Assembly (NCBI GenBank): GCA_944327255.1
Contig: CALVHA010000008.1
Coordinates: 11,482 to 75,481 of the forward strand
Direction: 5' to 3'
DNA: 64,000 nt
From: Candidatus Gastranaerophilales bacterium
GTDB taxonomy: Bacteria; Cyanobacteriota; Vampirovibrionia; Gastranaerophilales; Gastranaerophilaceae
The position numbers and the translations under genes were made by a program. Shown one piece after another: positions 38,933 through 50,300 of this stretch. Below the pieces are notes generated by a model. It was given only the letters and a program-made list of their open reading frames with translations. It had not been told where the DNA came from and searched no databases. Numbering within the stretch: the first letter of the stretch is position 1; the number at the start of each line of letters is the position of its first letter.

Positions 38933-39970
38933 TTATTTTTTTGTCAATACCTTTATAAAGTTAAGTAACAACATTATAACAACAACAGTCGCAATAGTTA
39001 AAAAGTAGAGTTTAATTGTATTTTCACCCATAAACAGCGTAGCAAAAGCCCCGGCAATAATTGCGCATGAAGTAAGAATTACAACCGTTTTCTTCTGAGA
39101 AAAACCTGCATGCAGAAGCTTATGATGAATATGTTCAGCATCTGCAACAAATGGCGATTGGCCCTTACAAATTCTTCGCAAACTGGAATAGGTAATATCC
39201 ATAATCGGAACGGCAAGAACAACAAACGGCAATAAAATAGCAAGAGTTGCGGCCTTCATAACACCAGTAATTGATATAGTAGCAAGCAAAAAGCCCGAAA
39301 ATAACGCGCCGCTATCACCCATAAAAATTCTAGCCGGATTAAAATTATAAGTTAAAAATGCCAGCATGGAACCAGCAAGAATAAAGCCGATTAATGCAAT
39401 AATAGGATTAGATGGAGTCATAGCAAGAGCAATAATCGCCAGAGTTATTGAATTAATAGTTGTCACAGAACCTGCAAGACCATCAACCCCGTCAATAAAA
39501 TTCAAAGCATTGCTAATCCCGACAATCCACAAAACAGTAATAGGATAAGACCAAAATCCAAGATTAATACCGCCGAAAAACGGAATAGTATTAATTTGAA
39601 TCCCGAGCAAATACACTAAAGTTGCGATAGAAAGCTGAAGGAACAACTTAAATTTTGCAGGTAAGTTATATATATCGTCCACAAGTCCTAGTAAAAACAT
39701 TAAAGAACTGCCCAATAAAATTCCGGATAACAAACTTCCTTCTGGATAATAACTCATAAACACAAGACATAAAAAAGTCAGCATTGTACTAAGCCATATT
39801 GCAACCCCGCCTATTCTGGAAATCGGTTTTGTATGAATTTTTCTTTCATTCGGAACATCAACCAATCCTTCTTTTTTAGAAAAACTTATAACCAGTGGAA
39901 CCAGAAATACCCCAAACATATAGGCTATTATTGTTCCTAAAATATGTGCATGTGTTAATTTAATAATCAT
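38933..39970 (-). CDS. Glycosyltransferase family 4 polyprenyl-phosphate HexNAc-1-phosphate transferase (WecA/TagO/MraY-like)
   Basis: About 10 TM helices; NERKIHTKPISRIGG, DD.Y.L, NFIDG.DGLA, HHKL. Confidence 0.85.
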   Translation of the reverse strand: MIIKLTHAHILGTIIAYMFGVFLVPLVISFSKKEGLVDVPNERKIHTKPISRIGGVAIWLSTMLTFLCLVFMSYYPEGSLLSGILLGSSLMFLLGLVDDIYNLPAKFKLFLQLSIATLVYLLGIQINTIPFFGGINLGFWSYPITVLWIVGISNALNFIDGVDGLAGSVTTINSITLAIIALAMTPSNPIIALIGFILAGSMLAFLTYNFNPARIFMGDSGALFSGFLLATISITGVMKAATLAILLPFVVLAVPIMDITYSSLRRICKGQSPFVADAEHIHHKLLHAGFSQKKTVVILTSCAIIAGAFATLFMGENTIKLYFLTIATVVVIMLLLNFIKVLTKK

Positions 39971-39985
39971 TTTTTTATTATCCTT

Positions 39986-41236
39986 CTAATCGCAATAAAG
40001 CGGATATTTTTTGCAAAGTTTAAGAGAACGTTCTCTAAGGTTCTTTAACCCGATCTCATTATCAGAAGCATAAATCGCACCTGCAATTATTTTCGCAACT
40101 TCTGTCATATCATCTTCTTTAAAACCTCTTGTTGTAACAGCAGGGGTTCCGAGTCTTATTCCACTTGTAACAAAAGGACTTTGAGGATCATTCGGAACAG
40201 TATTTTTATTTGCAGTAATTCCGACTCTTTCAAGAACATTTGCCATATCTTTGCCCGTCTTCCCTGTTTTTCTTAAATCAAGGGTCATCAAATGATTTTC
40301 AGTCATACCTCCTACAATATCCAATCCCTCATCCATCAGCCCTTGAGCAAGTGCTCTTGCATTTTTAATAATCTGTGCAGCATATTCTTTAAATTCAGGC
40401 TTAGAAGCTTCTAATAAAGCAACAGCCTTCGCAGCAATAATATGTTCTAAAGGTCCGCCCTGCATACCAGGGAATACCGCTTTATCAATGCCTTGAGCAT
40501 GTTCTTCTTTACACATAATAATCCCACCTCTAGGACCTCTCAAAGATTTATGAGTAGTGGTTGTTACAAAATCGGCATAAGGAGCAGGAGACGGGTGCAG
40601 TCCTGCAACAACAAGACCTGCAATATGCGCAATATCTGCAAGTAAAAGTGCACCAACTTCATCTGCAATCTCTCTGAATTTTTTAAAATCAATAATTTTT
40701 GAATAATTACTTGCCCCGCAAATAATTAATTTAGGTTTATGTTCAAGAGCCATTTGCCGAACATTTTCATAGTCAATATTTCCGTTTTCATCAACTCCAT
40801 AGCTTTTTACATTAAAATATAAACCAGAAAAATTAACAGGTGATCCATGGGACAGGTGTCCACCGTTTGACAAATCCATTCCTAAAACATGATCCCCTGG
40901 TTTTAGTGCATACATAAACACAGCCATATTTGCCTGTGCACCACTGTGAGGCTGAACATTCGCATGATCCATATGAAAAAGTTCACATGCCCGTTTTTGG
41001 CAAATTTCTTCAATCACATCAACATGTTCACACCCGTTATAAAACCTTTTATGAGGTTTGCCTTCTGCATATTTATTTGTTAAAACACTGCCTGCAGCTT
41101 CCATAACTGCTTTAGAGGTAATATTTTCACTGGCAATAAGTTCTATTGTTTCCTGCTGGCGTTTCAATTCAAGTTCAATCTGTTCTGCAACAACAGGATC
41201 CGTTTTTTTTATATTTTCTAAATTCATGTCTATCAC
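39986..41236 (-). CDS. glyA: Serine hydroxymethyltransferase
   Basis: [26 protein letters not shown] (PLP-Lys). Confidence 0.95.
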   Translation of the reverse strand: MIDMNLENIKKTDPVVAEQIELELKRQQETIELIASENITSKAVMEAAGSVLTNKYAEGKPHKRFYNGCEHVDVIEEICQKRACELFHMDHANVQPHSGAQANMAVFMYALKPGDHVLGMDLSNGGHLSHGSPVNFSGLYFNVKSYGVDENGNIDYENVRQMALEHKPKLIICGASNYSKIIDFKKFREIADEVGALLLADIAHIAGLVVAGLHPSPAPYADFVTTTTHKSLRGPRGGIIMCKEEHAQGIDKAVFPGMQGGPLEHIIAAKAVALLEASKPEFKEYAAQIIKNARALAQGLMDEGLDIVGGMTENHLMTLDLRKTGKTGKDMANVLERVGITANKNTVPNDPQSPFVTSGIRLGTPAVTTRGFKEDDMTEVAKIIAGAIYASDNEIGLKNLRERSLKLCKKYPLYCD

Positions 41237-41449
41237 CTCTCAACTTTCCCTCACCCATTTGAAATTATAGTCAAAAAAACAAAATTAGTAAAGAATCTTT
41301 TACAAAAAAGTCATGCCTTACATGACTTATAAAAAAAAATCCTTAAATAAATTTTGTAGATTTCATACAAAAGTATGAGTACGGTATAAGGAATTTATTA
41401 TATAGTTATACCGTAAGAGTAGTAGTAAATAGAGGTAAAAACAGACTAA

Positions 41450-42958
41450 ATGGGGTTGAATCTTTCAAGTATATATCAACGACCATATCTTGCCAAAGAC
41501 AACAGAAATCTTGTTAAGAAAAAACAGGATGAAGATGCCTCAAAGTCTGCTGCCCAAACCCACAGAGAAGAACAGACCCACCAAAATGCAAGAAGCAAAG
41601 GACTTCAATATATAGAAAACAATCAGGACGGATTTACACGGAATACCGCCCAAATTCAAGCAGAACCATGGCAAAAAGAGATTTATAAGAATGCTCAGAC
41701 TCATTCAACTCAAGCCATTGCAGAACAGGTAACAGGCGGAAGAAGTTCTTCAATCAATATAGCGCAAATTCTTAAGGATTTCAAAAACACGGCAATAGCA
41801 ATCGGGACTCCGGATGAGTTAAATGAAGAAGTTGACAGCTATTTAAACCTTATTGAAAAACAGGTTACAAAAGATAATCCGAATATAAAAAGAATTAAAA
41901 CAGACTTAAAAAATGCATCATCAATTCTTGATGAATATATTTCTACAACCTTAAATAAAGATTCCAAAGTTGTAGAAAATTGGGTTGATGCATTATTTTT
42001 ACAGGACATAGACTTTAAATACAACGAAGATGATATTAACCCTCAATTCCTTGTAAAATTTCCTGAAGGTTCAACCGATAAAGCTAAAAAAGCAGAAGCA
42101 GAAAAAACTCAGCAGGAAGCTGAAACAACTACAACAGAAGCTGTTAAGGCAGAAGAAATTCCTGTTCAGGCAGAAACAAAAACAAATGTATTTATCCCGC
42201 AAGATTCTGAATTGAAATCTCTGTTCATTCAGTCTAAAAAACTTGCATATGCAAAAGAACCTAAAAAGGCGATTGAAAACTTCCAAAAAGCCCTCTCACG
42301 TGCTGACGAAGTCGGCGATACGGAAACAAAATCAAAAATTTTCTTTGAAATAGGGAAAATTTATGATGATTATGACTATGCGGCACAAGCGCTTAAAAGT
42401 TACCATAAATCTCTTGAAACTACTACAGATAACAATATAAGAACAAAAGCCCACTATTCGATGGCTCAAATTTATGATAATGCAAACCAGATTGAACCTG
42501 CTCTAGATCATTACTTTGTCTCCGTTGGCTACGGAGGTGAGAGCGAAAATCTTGCAGCTCAATCAACTTCACTTACAAGAATGGGAAATATCTATTCTGA
42601 TATGTATGAAGACACTGCTCTAGAATACTTGACTACTGCTCAGGATTTAGCAGAAGAAACAGATAATTCAAAAGTAAAAGGTTTTGTTGCTTCAAGTCTA
42701 GGACGCGCTTACGAAAGATTCGGCGAACCTCAGCAGGCGTTAAAATCATATTCAAACGCCGTAAAAAATTATACCGATGCTTCTTCACCTCTAAAAGCTG
42801 CCCAGAATTATGTGAGCGCTGCAGATATTATGCTTGATTTTAATAGCGTGAATAAAGCAAGAGGGTTACTCACAAAAGCTCAGAAATATGCAACAGAAGC
42901 AGACGATAAAAATTTACTGAATGAAATTAATACCAGACTTTCAAAACTGTCAGCTTAA
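41450..42958 (+). CDS. TPR-repeat protein with polar, Glu/Lys/Thr-rich N-terminal half
   Basis: C-terminal half has repeated A..Y.KAL / G.IY motifs characteristic of TPRs. Confidence 0.6.
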   Translation: MGLNLSSIYQRPYLAKDNRNLVKKKQDEDASKSAAQTHREEQTHQNARSKGLQYIENNQDGFTRNTAQIQAEPWQKEIYKNAQTHSTQAIAEQVTGGRSSSINIAQILKDFKNTAIAIGTPDELNEEVDSYLNLIEKQVTKDNPNIKRIKTDLKNASSILDEYISTTLNKDSKVVENWVDALFLQDIDFKYNEDDINPQFLVKFPEGSTDKAKKAEAEKTQQEAETTTTEAVKAEEIPVQAETKTNVFIPQDSELKSLFIQSKKLAYAKEPKKAIENFQKALSRADEVGDTETKSKIFFEIGKIYDDYDYAAQALKSYHKSLETTTDNNIRTKAHYSMAQIYDNANQIEPALDHYFVSVGYGGESENLAAQSTSLTRMGNIYSDMYEDTALEYLTTAQDLAEETDNSKVKGFVASSLGRAYERFGEPQQALKSYSNAVKNYTDASSPLKAAQNYVSAADIMLDFNSVNKARGLLTKAQKYATEADDKNLLNEINTRLSKLSA

Positions 42959-43912
42959 ATCAATTTCATTAATATAATTTCTATAAGTTTCCTTCAACTT
43001 TTCCGGAGCCAATATTTTAACATCTTTTCCCCACTTAAAAAGGTGCCAGATAATTTCCAAAGGTCCACTTGCCTGAAAAGTTACAAGGACACTCCCATCC
43101 GGCTGTTCGGATATACTTTGTGTCGGATGAAAATTATAACAGAGAATATCCTCTGAAACAGATGGAGAAAACAAAAGTTTTACATCCATAATTTCACCCT
43201 GATAAACACCAAATGAACGTTTTGAATGTTCTTCAAGGTTAAAATCCCCCTTATCGAAGCTTTCTGTTGTTATTTTAAGATCTTTTAACTTATGGAGAAT
43301 ATAATTATAAACATCACTTCCCTTAGCATCTTCACGTGCGACAAGATATGTCTTTTCCCCGTAAATAACACCAAGAGGCTTTAATTTTCTTTGTTTTTCA
43401 TGGTAAGTACCGGTGATTATTTTGGAATTTTGAATTGCATCCCTTACTATAGAAAGCGTATCAAAACTTATATTGTAATTAGGCTTCTGACGAATTGCGA
43501 AACCTTCTGTATGAAGAAGCATTTCAATCTCATCTTCCAATGAAGTATGATGTTTTGTACTTATTGCTTTCAGCTTTTCTATAGTCTTATCAAGTGTTTG
43601 TATAGACTTTGAGTTACTTAAAATATCTTTTAACTGTTCGAGGTTCGCAATTTCTTCAGGTTTAAACGAAATAAGCCGGCTGTAAGCTCTGTTGGAAAAT
43701 CCCCAGTGTTTATAATCATCTTGAATATAATCAAGTTCCTCAAAATCAGGAAATATATTTAACAGGCTATCACGCATACGTTCTGCCGTTCTTCTCGAAA
43801 CGTTATACCGTTCGGCAATTTCAGGAATAGTAACACCTTGAACCCGCGATAAGATAAATGTCATTAAGTCTAATATATCAGAAACCCTTGAGTATCTCGG
43901 TTTTATCTCCAT
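42950..43912 (-). CDS. WYL-domain transcriptional regulator (HTH - WYL - WCX architecture)
   Basis: N-terminal wHTH (GVTIPEIAERYNVSRRTAERMRDSL), central segment KIITGTYHEKQRKLKPLGVIYGEKTYLVARED (WYL-type), C-terminal ...EIIWHLFKWGKDVKILAPEKL (WCX-type). Confidence 0.75.
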   Translation of the reverse strand: MEIKPRYSRVSDILDLMTFILSRVQGVTIPEIAERYNVSRRTAERMRDSLLNIFPDFEELDYIQDDYKHWGFSNRAYSRLISFKPEEIANLEQLKDILSNSKSIQTLDKTIEKLKAISTKHHTSLEDEIEMLLHTEGFAIRQKPNYNISFDTLSIVRDAIQNSKIITGTYHEKQRKLKPLGVIYGEKTYLVAREDAKGSDVYNYILHKLKDLKITTESFDKGDFNLEEHSKRSFGVYQGEIMDVKLLFSPSVSEDILCYNFHPTQSISEQPDGSVLVTFQASGPLEIIWHLFKWGKDVKILAPEKLKETYRNYINEIDLS

Positions 43913-43948
43913 AAAAATTCCTTTTTAGATAAATTTTAGCATAAATGT

Positions 43949-43976
43949 AAAAAAAATTCCGGAAAATCTCCGGAAT
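43949..43976 (-). terminator. Intrinsic terminator after gene 44007-44384, upstream of the WYL gene
   Basis: Minus strand: attccgg agatttt ccggaat followed by T7. Confidence 0.6.
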
Positions 43977-44006
43977 AGGTGGACAGATTATAAAATACAG
44001 TAAGGT

Positions 44007-44384
44007 TTAATTATATTTTTTGTAGAGGTTTCTTTGATAATTGATAACAATTTGTGCAACAAGAAATAATGAAAACATATTCAGAAAATTATGATAACCG
44101 TTAATGCTCAACCAGCACATAATCCCTAAAATTAACAACACCAAAAAATTATGATAATTTGCAAATTTTATTTCTGTATTATGCAAAACTTTATTGTAGT
44201 TATATTTGTATATTCTGTTTTCAGGATTAAGCCTGATAGCTTTTGCAAGCAGTCTCACAGCCATGTTATATTCGTTCTTATAACGATATAGGAACATTGC
44301 ATAATCATTATATAAATCTGCACTCTGCGGGTATATTTTTATTGCATTTAAAAATTCTTTTTCCATTTTTTCAATTCTGTTCAT
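44007..44384 (-). CDS. Small TPR-like protein with two C-terminal TM helices
   Basis: ATG 44384 has a perfect AAGGAG RBS; the track start 44462 is unlikely. TPR-like YNDYAMFLYRYKNEYNMAVRLLAKAIRLNP. TM FLVLLILGIMCWLSI and MFSLFLVAQIVI. Confidence 0.5.
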   Translation of the reverse strand: MNRIEKMEKEFLNAIKIYPQSADLYNDYAMFLYRYKNEYNMAVRLLAKAIRLNPENRIYKYNYNKVLHNTEIKFANYHNFLVLLILGIMCWLSINGYHNFLNMFSLFLVAQIVINYQRNLYKKYN

Positions 44385-44530
44385 TTTTACTCTCCTTAAA
44401 CTTCCTTTCTGTTCACAAGTTAAAAATACAAAATTAATGCGACAAAAACGGTCATATAACAAATATTTGAATTTTTATTTTTTTTATGATTTATTTAAAA
44501 ATATAAATACACAGTCAAAAAGAGTTAAAA

Positions 44531-45604
44531 ATGAAAACTGCCCCAATTACAAATAACGGACCTGCTTTTAAAGGATATGATGCAAGAAAATTAAAATCCA
44601 TAGCAATGACAACTAATCGTGGTGGGATTGCACAAGAGATGAAAACAATCTGTAACAGTTATGGAGTTAAAGTTCTTCTTGCAGCACCTGACGGGCTATT
44701 ATCCGATAAGTTTGAAAAAATTCACGAAGGGCGTCCTTATACTCTTCCATGGGCACAGGATATTGCGAATGTAACTCCTGATAAAAAAGTTTATTACCCG
44801 TGGCTTAATGACGGTTTAGGCTGGCTTTTGCATACATATGAAAAACTTAGTGGAATATTAACTCAAAAACACATTTCAGGCGGGAATTTTTTTCTTATAA
44901 AAAATGGGGAATCTAATGATATTATTGTAGGGACTAATGAAATCATCAAAAAAAGAAGAACCTCAAAATTTTTTGAAGATATGTTTAATACAAAAAATAT
45001 TTTTTGTATTTATCAGCCCGATTATCATATAGATTTAGGTATAAGACCGTTAAACAATAAGAATATAATTGTCGGTGATGATGACTTAATGATTGAAAAA
45101 ATTCAGCAGGTGCTTAAAAATATAAAAACCGAAAAACAATTCAGGAACTTATACAAAAATCTTAAACTGGTTCTGGATGATTTTATAATTTCAAAAAAAT
45201 TAAACCCTTATACTCCAACTGAATTCGTTATAAAACAAATTAAAGAAATGGGGTTTAACCCGATTAGAGTCCCAGGAAGGTTATATTCCGTTGAGAGAAA
45301 ATACGAAAATAAAATAGGCTTGAGATATGACCTTAATTTTGTTAATGCTGTTGCATTTGAAACACAAAATAAGGACATTGTTTATATTACAAACAAATCC
45401 GTTGCGGATGATATTCTTGACATTACACCAGAAGTTGAAAAACAAATAAACTTTAGCTTTAAAAAAATTTTTAAAGACAGTATTAAACCATATGTTAAAG
45501 AGGAAAATCTCTATTTTGTATCAGAAAAAACAGATGTAATGGATGATTATCTTTCAAATAAAGATGCTGGGATACATTGTCTTTGCGCTGAAGTTCCGGA
45601 ATAA
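44531..45604 (+). CDS. Divergent guanidino-group-modifying-enzyme fold protein (agmatine deiminase / PAD_porph-like), tentative
   Basis: WAQD (cf. W.RD), YHIDLGIRP (cf. H.D), and near-C-terminal GIHCLCAEV (cf. GGIHC catalytic Cys). 357 aa, which fits the fold. N-terminal ...NNGPAFKG motif. Confidence 0.45.
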   Translation: MKTAPITNNGPAFKGYDARKLKSIAMTTNRGGIAQEMKTICNSYGVKVLLAAPDGLLSDKFEKIHEGRPYTLPWAQDIANVTPDKKVYYPWLNDGLGWLLHTYEKLSGILTQKHISGGNFFLIKNGESNDIIVGTNEIIKKRRTSKFFEDMFNTKNIFCIYQPDYHIDLGIRPLNNKNIIVGDDDLMIEKIQQVLKNIKTEKQFRNLYKNLKLVLDDFIISKKLNPYTPTEFVIKQIKEMGFNPIRVPGRLYSVERKYENKIGLRYDLNFVNAVAFETQNKDIVYITNKSVADDILDITPEVEKQINFSFKKIFKDSIKPYVKEENLYFVSEKTDVMDDYLSNKDAGIHCLCAEVPE

Positions 45605-45710
45605 AAATATTAACAAATGTAAATAAATATACGAAAATTCTGCAAATTTTATTATTGAGAAACTTTATCATGACTAAATTAAAATTCTTTTTTCAGGAAA
45701 GGAATTAAAT

Positions 45711-47219
45711 ATGTTACAATACATAAACAGTTTAAACTTTAATCAACATATAAAACAAAAAAGTTTCCCCACAAACATAAACCAGAAACATTATAATACA
45801 AGGGGATTATACCCGTTGCAGTGTGATACTGTATATTTTACAGGAATGTCTGCTCCATCGCATTATAAGTCAGTATTCGATTATCTTGCAGCGGATATTT
45901 TAAATAAAAACAAAAAATTTCAAGTAGACGGAAGTTTTCTCTCTGCTTCAAATATTCAGACGGCAATTGACAAATTATTCAATATGAATAAAGTTTATGG
46001 ACCATATACTGAAAGTATTACAGATAAAATAAAATGGAAATCATATATTCCTGAAGATATTAGAATTTTTTCGATTAATAAAATTAATGAAGCCCGAGCA
46101 TCTCGGCTTCATGAATGGCAAAAGTTTCTTGAAACACCTCAATTAACTGAATATAATGAAAAATATCCTGAACTGGTAAAAAAAATAAGAGAAAATAAAT
46201 CTCTAAGATTTGTAATATGGAATTCAATAAACAGTGAGCTTAAAAATAATAACAGGCATATCCCTGTACCATTTGATCCAATAGCATTATATAAAACAAT
46301 TATAGGATATGAAAAAATAGAACCTATAGACAGAGCCGTAAGATGTTCATCCCCGACCTTTATTGAAATATACACACATAGATTAAGAGATACTTTACTT
46401 GAAGCTAAAGGGCTTTCTGAAAATCAAAAACTATGGGTAAGAATCCCTTCGATTAAAAACGAACCAAAAAATAAAACAGATAACATCCATGCACTTGAAG
46501 TTTTAAGTAACAGGAACTGGTGTACAAGATCAAGTGTAGATAAGGCAGAGGCCGCACTTGAAGATGGAGACTTTTATATTTATCTTGAAAGAGACAAATA
46601 TAAACAATGGCAACCATTAATTGGTATGGCTTCATCTAAAGGTAAAATCGACCAAATTCAAGGTGCAAATAATAATAATATTATTCCAACAAGCGAAATT
46701 GATAATGTTAAAGAATATATTAAATCACAAGGACTAAAATGCCAATCAGCAATTATACCGGAAGGACCTAAAGCTTATCAGCAAATTTTAATCAGTGAAA
46801 AATTAGCAGAATATAATGATGTATTAGGTAAAACCTTTGAAAAAGCAATAAAAGATAATGATGATTATGCAATATTTACATTTATTAATCAAAAGATTTC
46901 AAAACTTGATAACGGGAAATATGAAATAGGAACATATAAACCAAGTTTCAATGCAAATCCAACAAGCGGAATATCAATTCCTTATTCTATGATGGGGATA
47001 GATGAAGATATACTACTTCAAAATGTTGAAGTAATTAATGGCGATTTAATTTTACATAACAAAAATGAGCTCTTCTCTTCATCAATAACAAAATTCCCGC
47101 AATCATTAACAACCGTAACAGGTAAAATCATCTGTTCAGCCGAACAATATAAAAAATTCGGACAGGACATAGACAGAATTACTAACGGCAATAAGAATAA
47201 AGTTATAATACGAGTATAA
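45711..47219 (+). CDS. Hypothetical protein (502 aa), possible PcfJ-like central domain
   Basis: NWCTRSSVDKAEAALEDGDFYIYLERDKYKQWQPLIGMASSKGKIDQIQGANNNNI resembles my recollection of the PcfJ-like HC...F.l....T.E.....i.Q.rG..N pattern. Weak. Confidence 0.45.
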   Translation: MLQYINSLNFNQHIKQKSFPTNINQKHYNTRGLYPLQCDTVYFTGMSAPSHYKSVFDYLAADILNKNKKFQVDGSFLSASNIQTAIDKLFNMNKVYGPYTESITDKIKWKSYIPEDIRIFSINKINEARASRLHEWQKFLETPQLTEYNEKYPELVKKIRENKSLRFVIWNSINSELKNNNRHIPVPFDPIALYKTIIGYEKIEPIDRAVRCSSPTFIEIYTHRLRDTLLEAKGLSENQKLWVRIPSIKNEPKNKTDNIHALEVLSNRNWCTRSSVDKAEAALEDGDFYIYLERDKYKQWQPLIGMASSKGKIDQIQGANNNNIIPTSEIDNVKEYIKSQGLKCQSAIIPEGPKAYQQILISEKLAEYNDVLGKTFEKAIKDNDDYAIFTFINQKISKLDNGKYEIGTYKPSFNANPTSGISIPYSMMGIDEDILLQNVEVINGDLILHNKNELFSSSITKFPQSLTTVTGKIICSAEQYKKFGQDIDRITNGNKNKVIIRV

Positions 47220-47321
47220 TTATTGGGATTATTTTATCGTATCCATTGTTTTTTATTAGAAATCAAAAGCTGGAATTTGCTGTCATTAGCCTTTCTAATT
47301 CCGTTCGTATATTTGAAAAGA

Positions 47322-50300
47322 TTAAATTATATCTAACATACAAATTTGTTTATATTCACAGTTTTCACATGGACTTTGTTTATCTTTTAAAGGAGGGTCA
47401 AACTTTAATTCTTTTATCTTTGCATAAACTTCCTTTATCTTATCTTCAATATAACGCATATCATCCAAAGTCAATTCTTTATAAACATTTTTCTCATGAT
47501 TTTCAACATAGATAAGACCTGTTTTTGAGACCTTTTTACCAGTTAATTTCTCAAAAGCATATTTATAAAAACAAAGCTGGTTATAATATCCTTCTTTTTC
47601 CTCTCCTAAAGCAACTTTATTTTCATTAACAGGTTTACCAGTTTTGTAATCATAAAGTTCATAAGTGCCATCTTTATTAACTTCTATCCGATCAATTTTT
47701 CCGGAAATAAAGTCATCTCCAACCTGTACTGCATCTAATGCAAATTCTATATCTACAATTCTGTCAGGAGAAGTTTCTACAAAATGAGGATAATAATTTT
47801 TTAAAATATTCTCACCTCGCTTTATAAACATATCCCGCTTTGCCTCCGATGAAAATGCAGTTTCCCTAAGCAGTTTGTTGAACATAGAAACAGCTTCATC
47901 AAAAGAAGGGTATTGTCCCAACTTCTTTGCTATTCTAACAGAATTTTCAAAAACAGCATGCACAACTGTACCGAAGTTTGCATAATCCCATTCTTTTTCC
48001 TCAATATCAATACCCATAACTTTAATATAGAAAAATCGTCGCGGACACTTAATATAATCATTTAGTCTGGATGGGCTGAGAACTATTTTTTTAATTTGTT
48101 CTTTTATTTCATTTTCCAAAAACTTCCTGTTATTAAGCACCTCCTTAGAAACAGAACGAACAAATTCACTTGTAAATTCGTCATCATTATATTCAAACTG
48201 GGCTTTATCAAAATCAAAATCATTAACTGGAGTCAAAAATTTGGTTATCTGTTGTGCCTTATCCCCATCATTATCTGCAAATGATAATGTCAAACCATAT
48301 TTGGCTCTGGTTATACCCACAAATAAAAGTTTTAATAATTCCGTATCTTTTTGAGCTTGTGCTTCTTCTTTAGAGAGAGGAATTTCTGTAATGAATTTAT
48401 ACTCTCCGGGCATCCTAAAATCTTCCCAGACCCTGGATACAAGATTAGGCAAATAAACATATTCAAATTCCCGTCCTTTAGATCCGTGATAAGTTACAAG
48501 CTGTATAGCATTTCTTGTCATAGAGTTTTTATCAACCGTAATATCAATCTCATTTTCTAGAGAAGAATCCAGATATTCTAAAAAGTCCGCAATGCTTACT
48601 GTCGGATTTGATGAAGAAAATTCATTAACTTCATCAAGAATTTTCTTTATCCCCAGTATGTTTTCTGATTTATTTTTCTCTGAGCGGACAAAATATTCTA
48701 AGATGCCAGTTCTATTAATAACCTCTATAACAGATTTTCTTAGATTATTAGTTGAGACAAAATCTTTTAAGTAGTCAAAAGTTTTAAGGAAATTATTAAT
48801 TTTTTCAGGATTACTCCATTTATCAAGACGGCGCATATTTGTAATAAAATCTTTTCTGTTTATTTTATTTTCTCTAAATAATGTCCTATAATCCTCATAA
48901 TCAATGTTAAAAGGTTCCGCAAGCAAAAGTCCAAACAATTTGTCACTTGATAAAACAGGATTAAAAAGAGCTTTCAGATAAAAATAAATTAAAATTGACG
49001 AGCGAATTTCAAAAATACTTTTTCCTTCATCAATCTGAAAGGCTATATTTCTTGCCTCAAGCAGTCGTGCAAATTCGGCGAGTTCGGCACGCTTTTTAGA
49101 AATAATTGCTATTTGAGAAAGTTGTTTTTCTCCGTCAGAATTGACAGGACATGCAGTATTAATAATATTTTCAATATCATCAACAATATGATTGTATTCC
49201 TGTATCAAATCTCCAAACTGCCAGCGGCGAATTTTACGTTCTTTTTCAATAACTCTTTGATTTTTAGCCGTTAGTTTTTTTGAAATTTTATATTCTTTAA
49301 ACCGTTCGTTATTCTCAAGCCTTCTCTCGTCCTGTGAGATTATGGCATAACTTAAATTAAGAATATTCTGTGCGGAACGGTTATTTTCTTCAAGACAGAT
49401 AACCTTTGTATCAGGATATTTTGTAAGAAAGTTCTCAAGGTTATCACTCTTAGCCCCCTGAAATCCATAAATAATCTGATCATCGTCTCCTACAACAAAA
49501 ATATTCTGATCCTCAACTCCGTCAAGAAGATTAAATATAATCGCATTTTGCAAATCATTTGTATCCTGATACTCATCGACGAGAAAATACTTATATTTTC
49601 CTGCAACTTCCTTTAAAAATACCCTGTCTGCTTCAAATTGATCCAGAACAAAATTTATCATATCTGAAAAATCAATGAGATTATTTCTAAACATCTTATC
49701 AGAATAAACCTCGAAAATTTCCCAGAGTTCCTTTGCTTTACCGATATTAGTTTTAATTTTTTCTATCTCATTATATCTGGTCTTATTTTGAGTTTTTCCT
49801 GACTGTTCTCTTTCATAAATTTCACTCTCAAGTTCCTTTATTCTCGGCATTAAAGAAGGATTTGTCTCAATATTTGAAAGATAAGTTTCTTTATCAATTC
49901 TGAAAGATTTAAGTTTTGGTATATAATTCAAAAAATCTTTTACAAAATGATACTTATCAGCTCTCTGCGCAACAAAAAATTTGGGGTTAACTTCATCAAT
50001 AGTTTCTTTCATGAGTTGCACAGCAATTGTATCCGTAATAAGTTTTACATTAGCAGAAAGGTCAAACTGTGTCGGATTCTGCTTGATTATGTCATTGCAA
50101 AAAGAGTGATAGGTAAAAATATCAACTGAGGAGGCAAGTACGCCCATTTCACGGATAAGTCGTTCCCGCATCTCTCCTGCAGCAGCATCGGAAAATGTTA
50201 AGCATAAAATTGTTTCGGGTTTTATTCCCATTTCAAGCATAGCTTTAATTCTTTGGATGACAGTAAATGTCTTTCCCGTACCAGGTCCAGCCAGAACCAT

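Noticed and set aside
41237-41449. ZTP/THF/T-box-type riboswitch upstream of glyA
   Set aside because: A perfect TATAAT sits about 30 nt from the start codon, leaving almost no leader. No conserved riboswitch core sequences are seen in the region.
47246-47515. ORF 47246-47515(+) and ORF 50397-50621(-), 50257-50448(+), 63452-63637(+)
   Set aside because: They overlap the ends of well-supported genes or promoter/terminator regions, and have no RBS or recognisable features.
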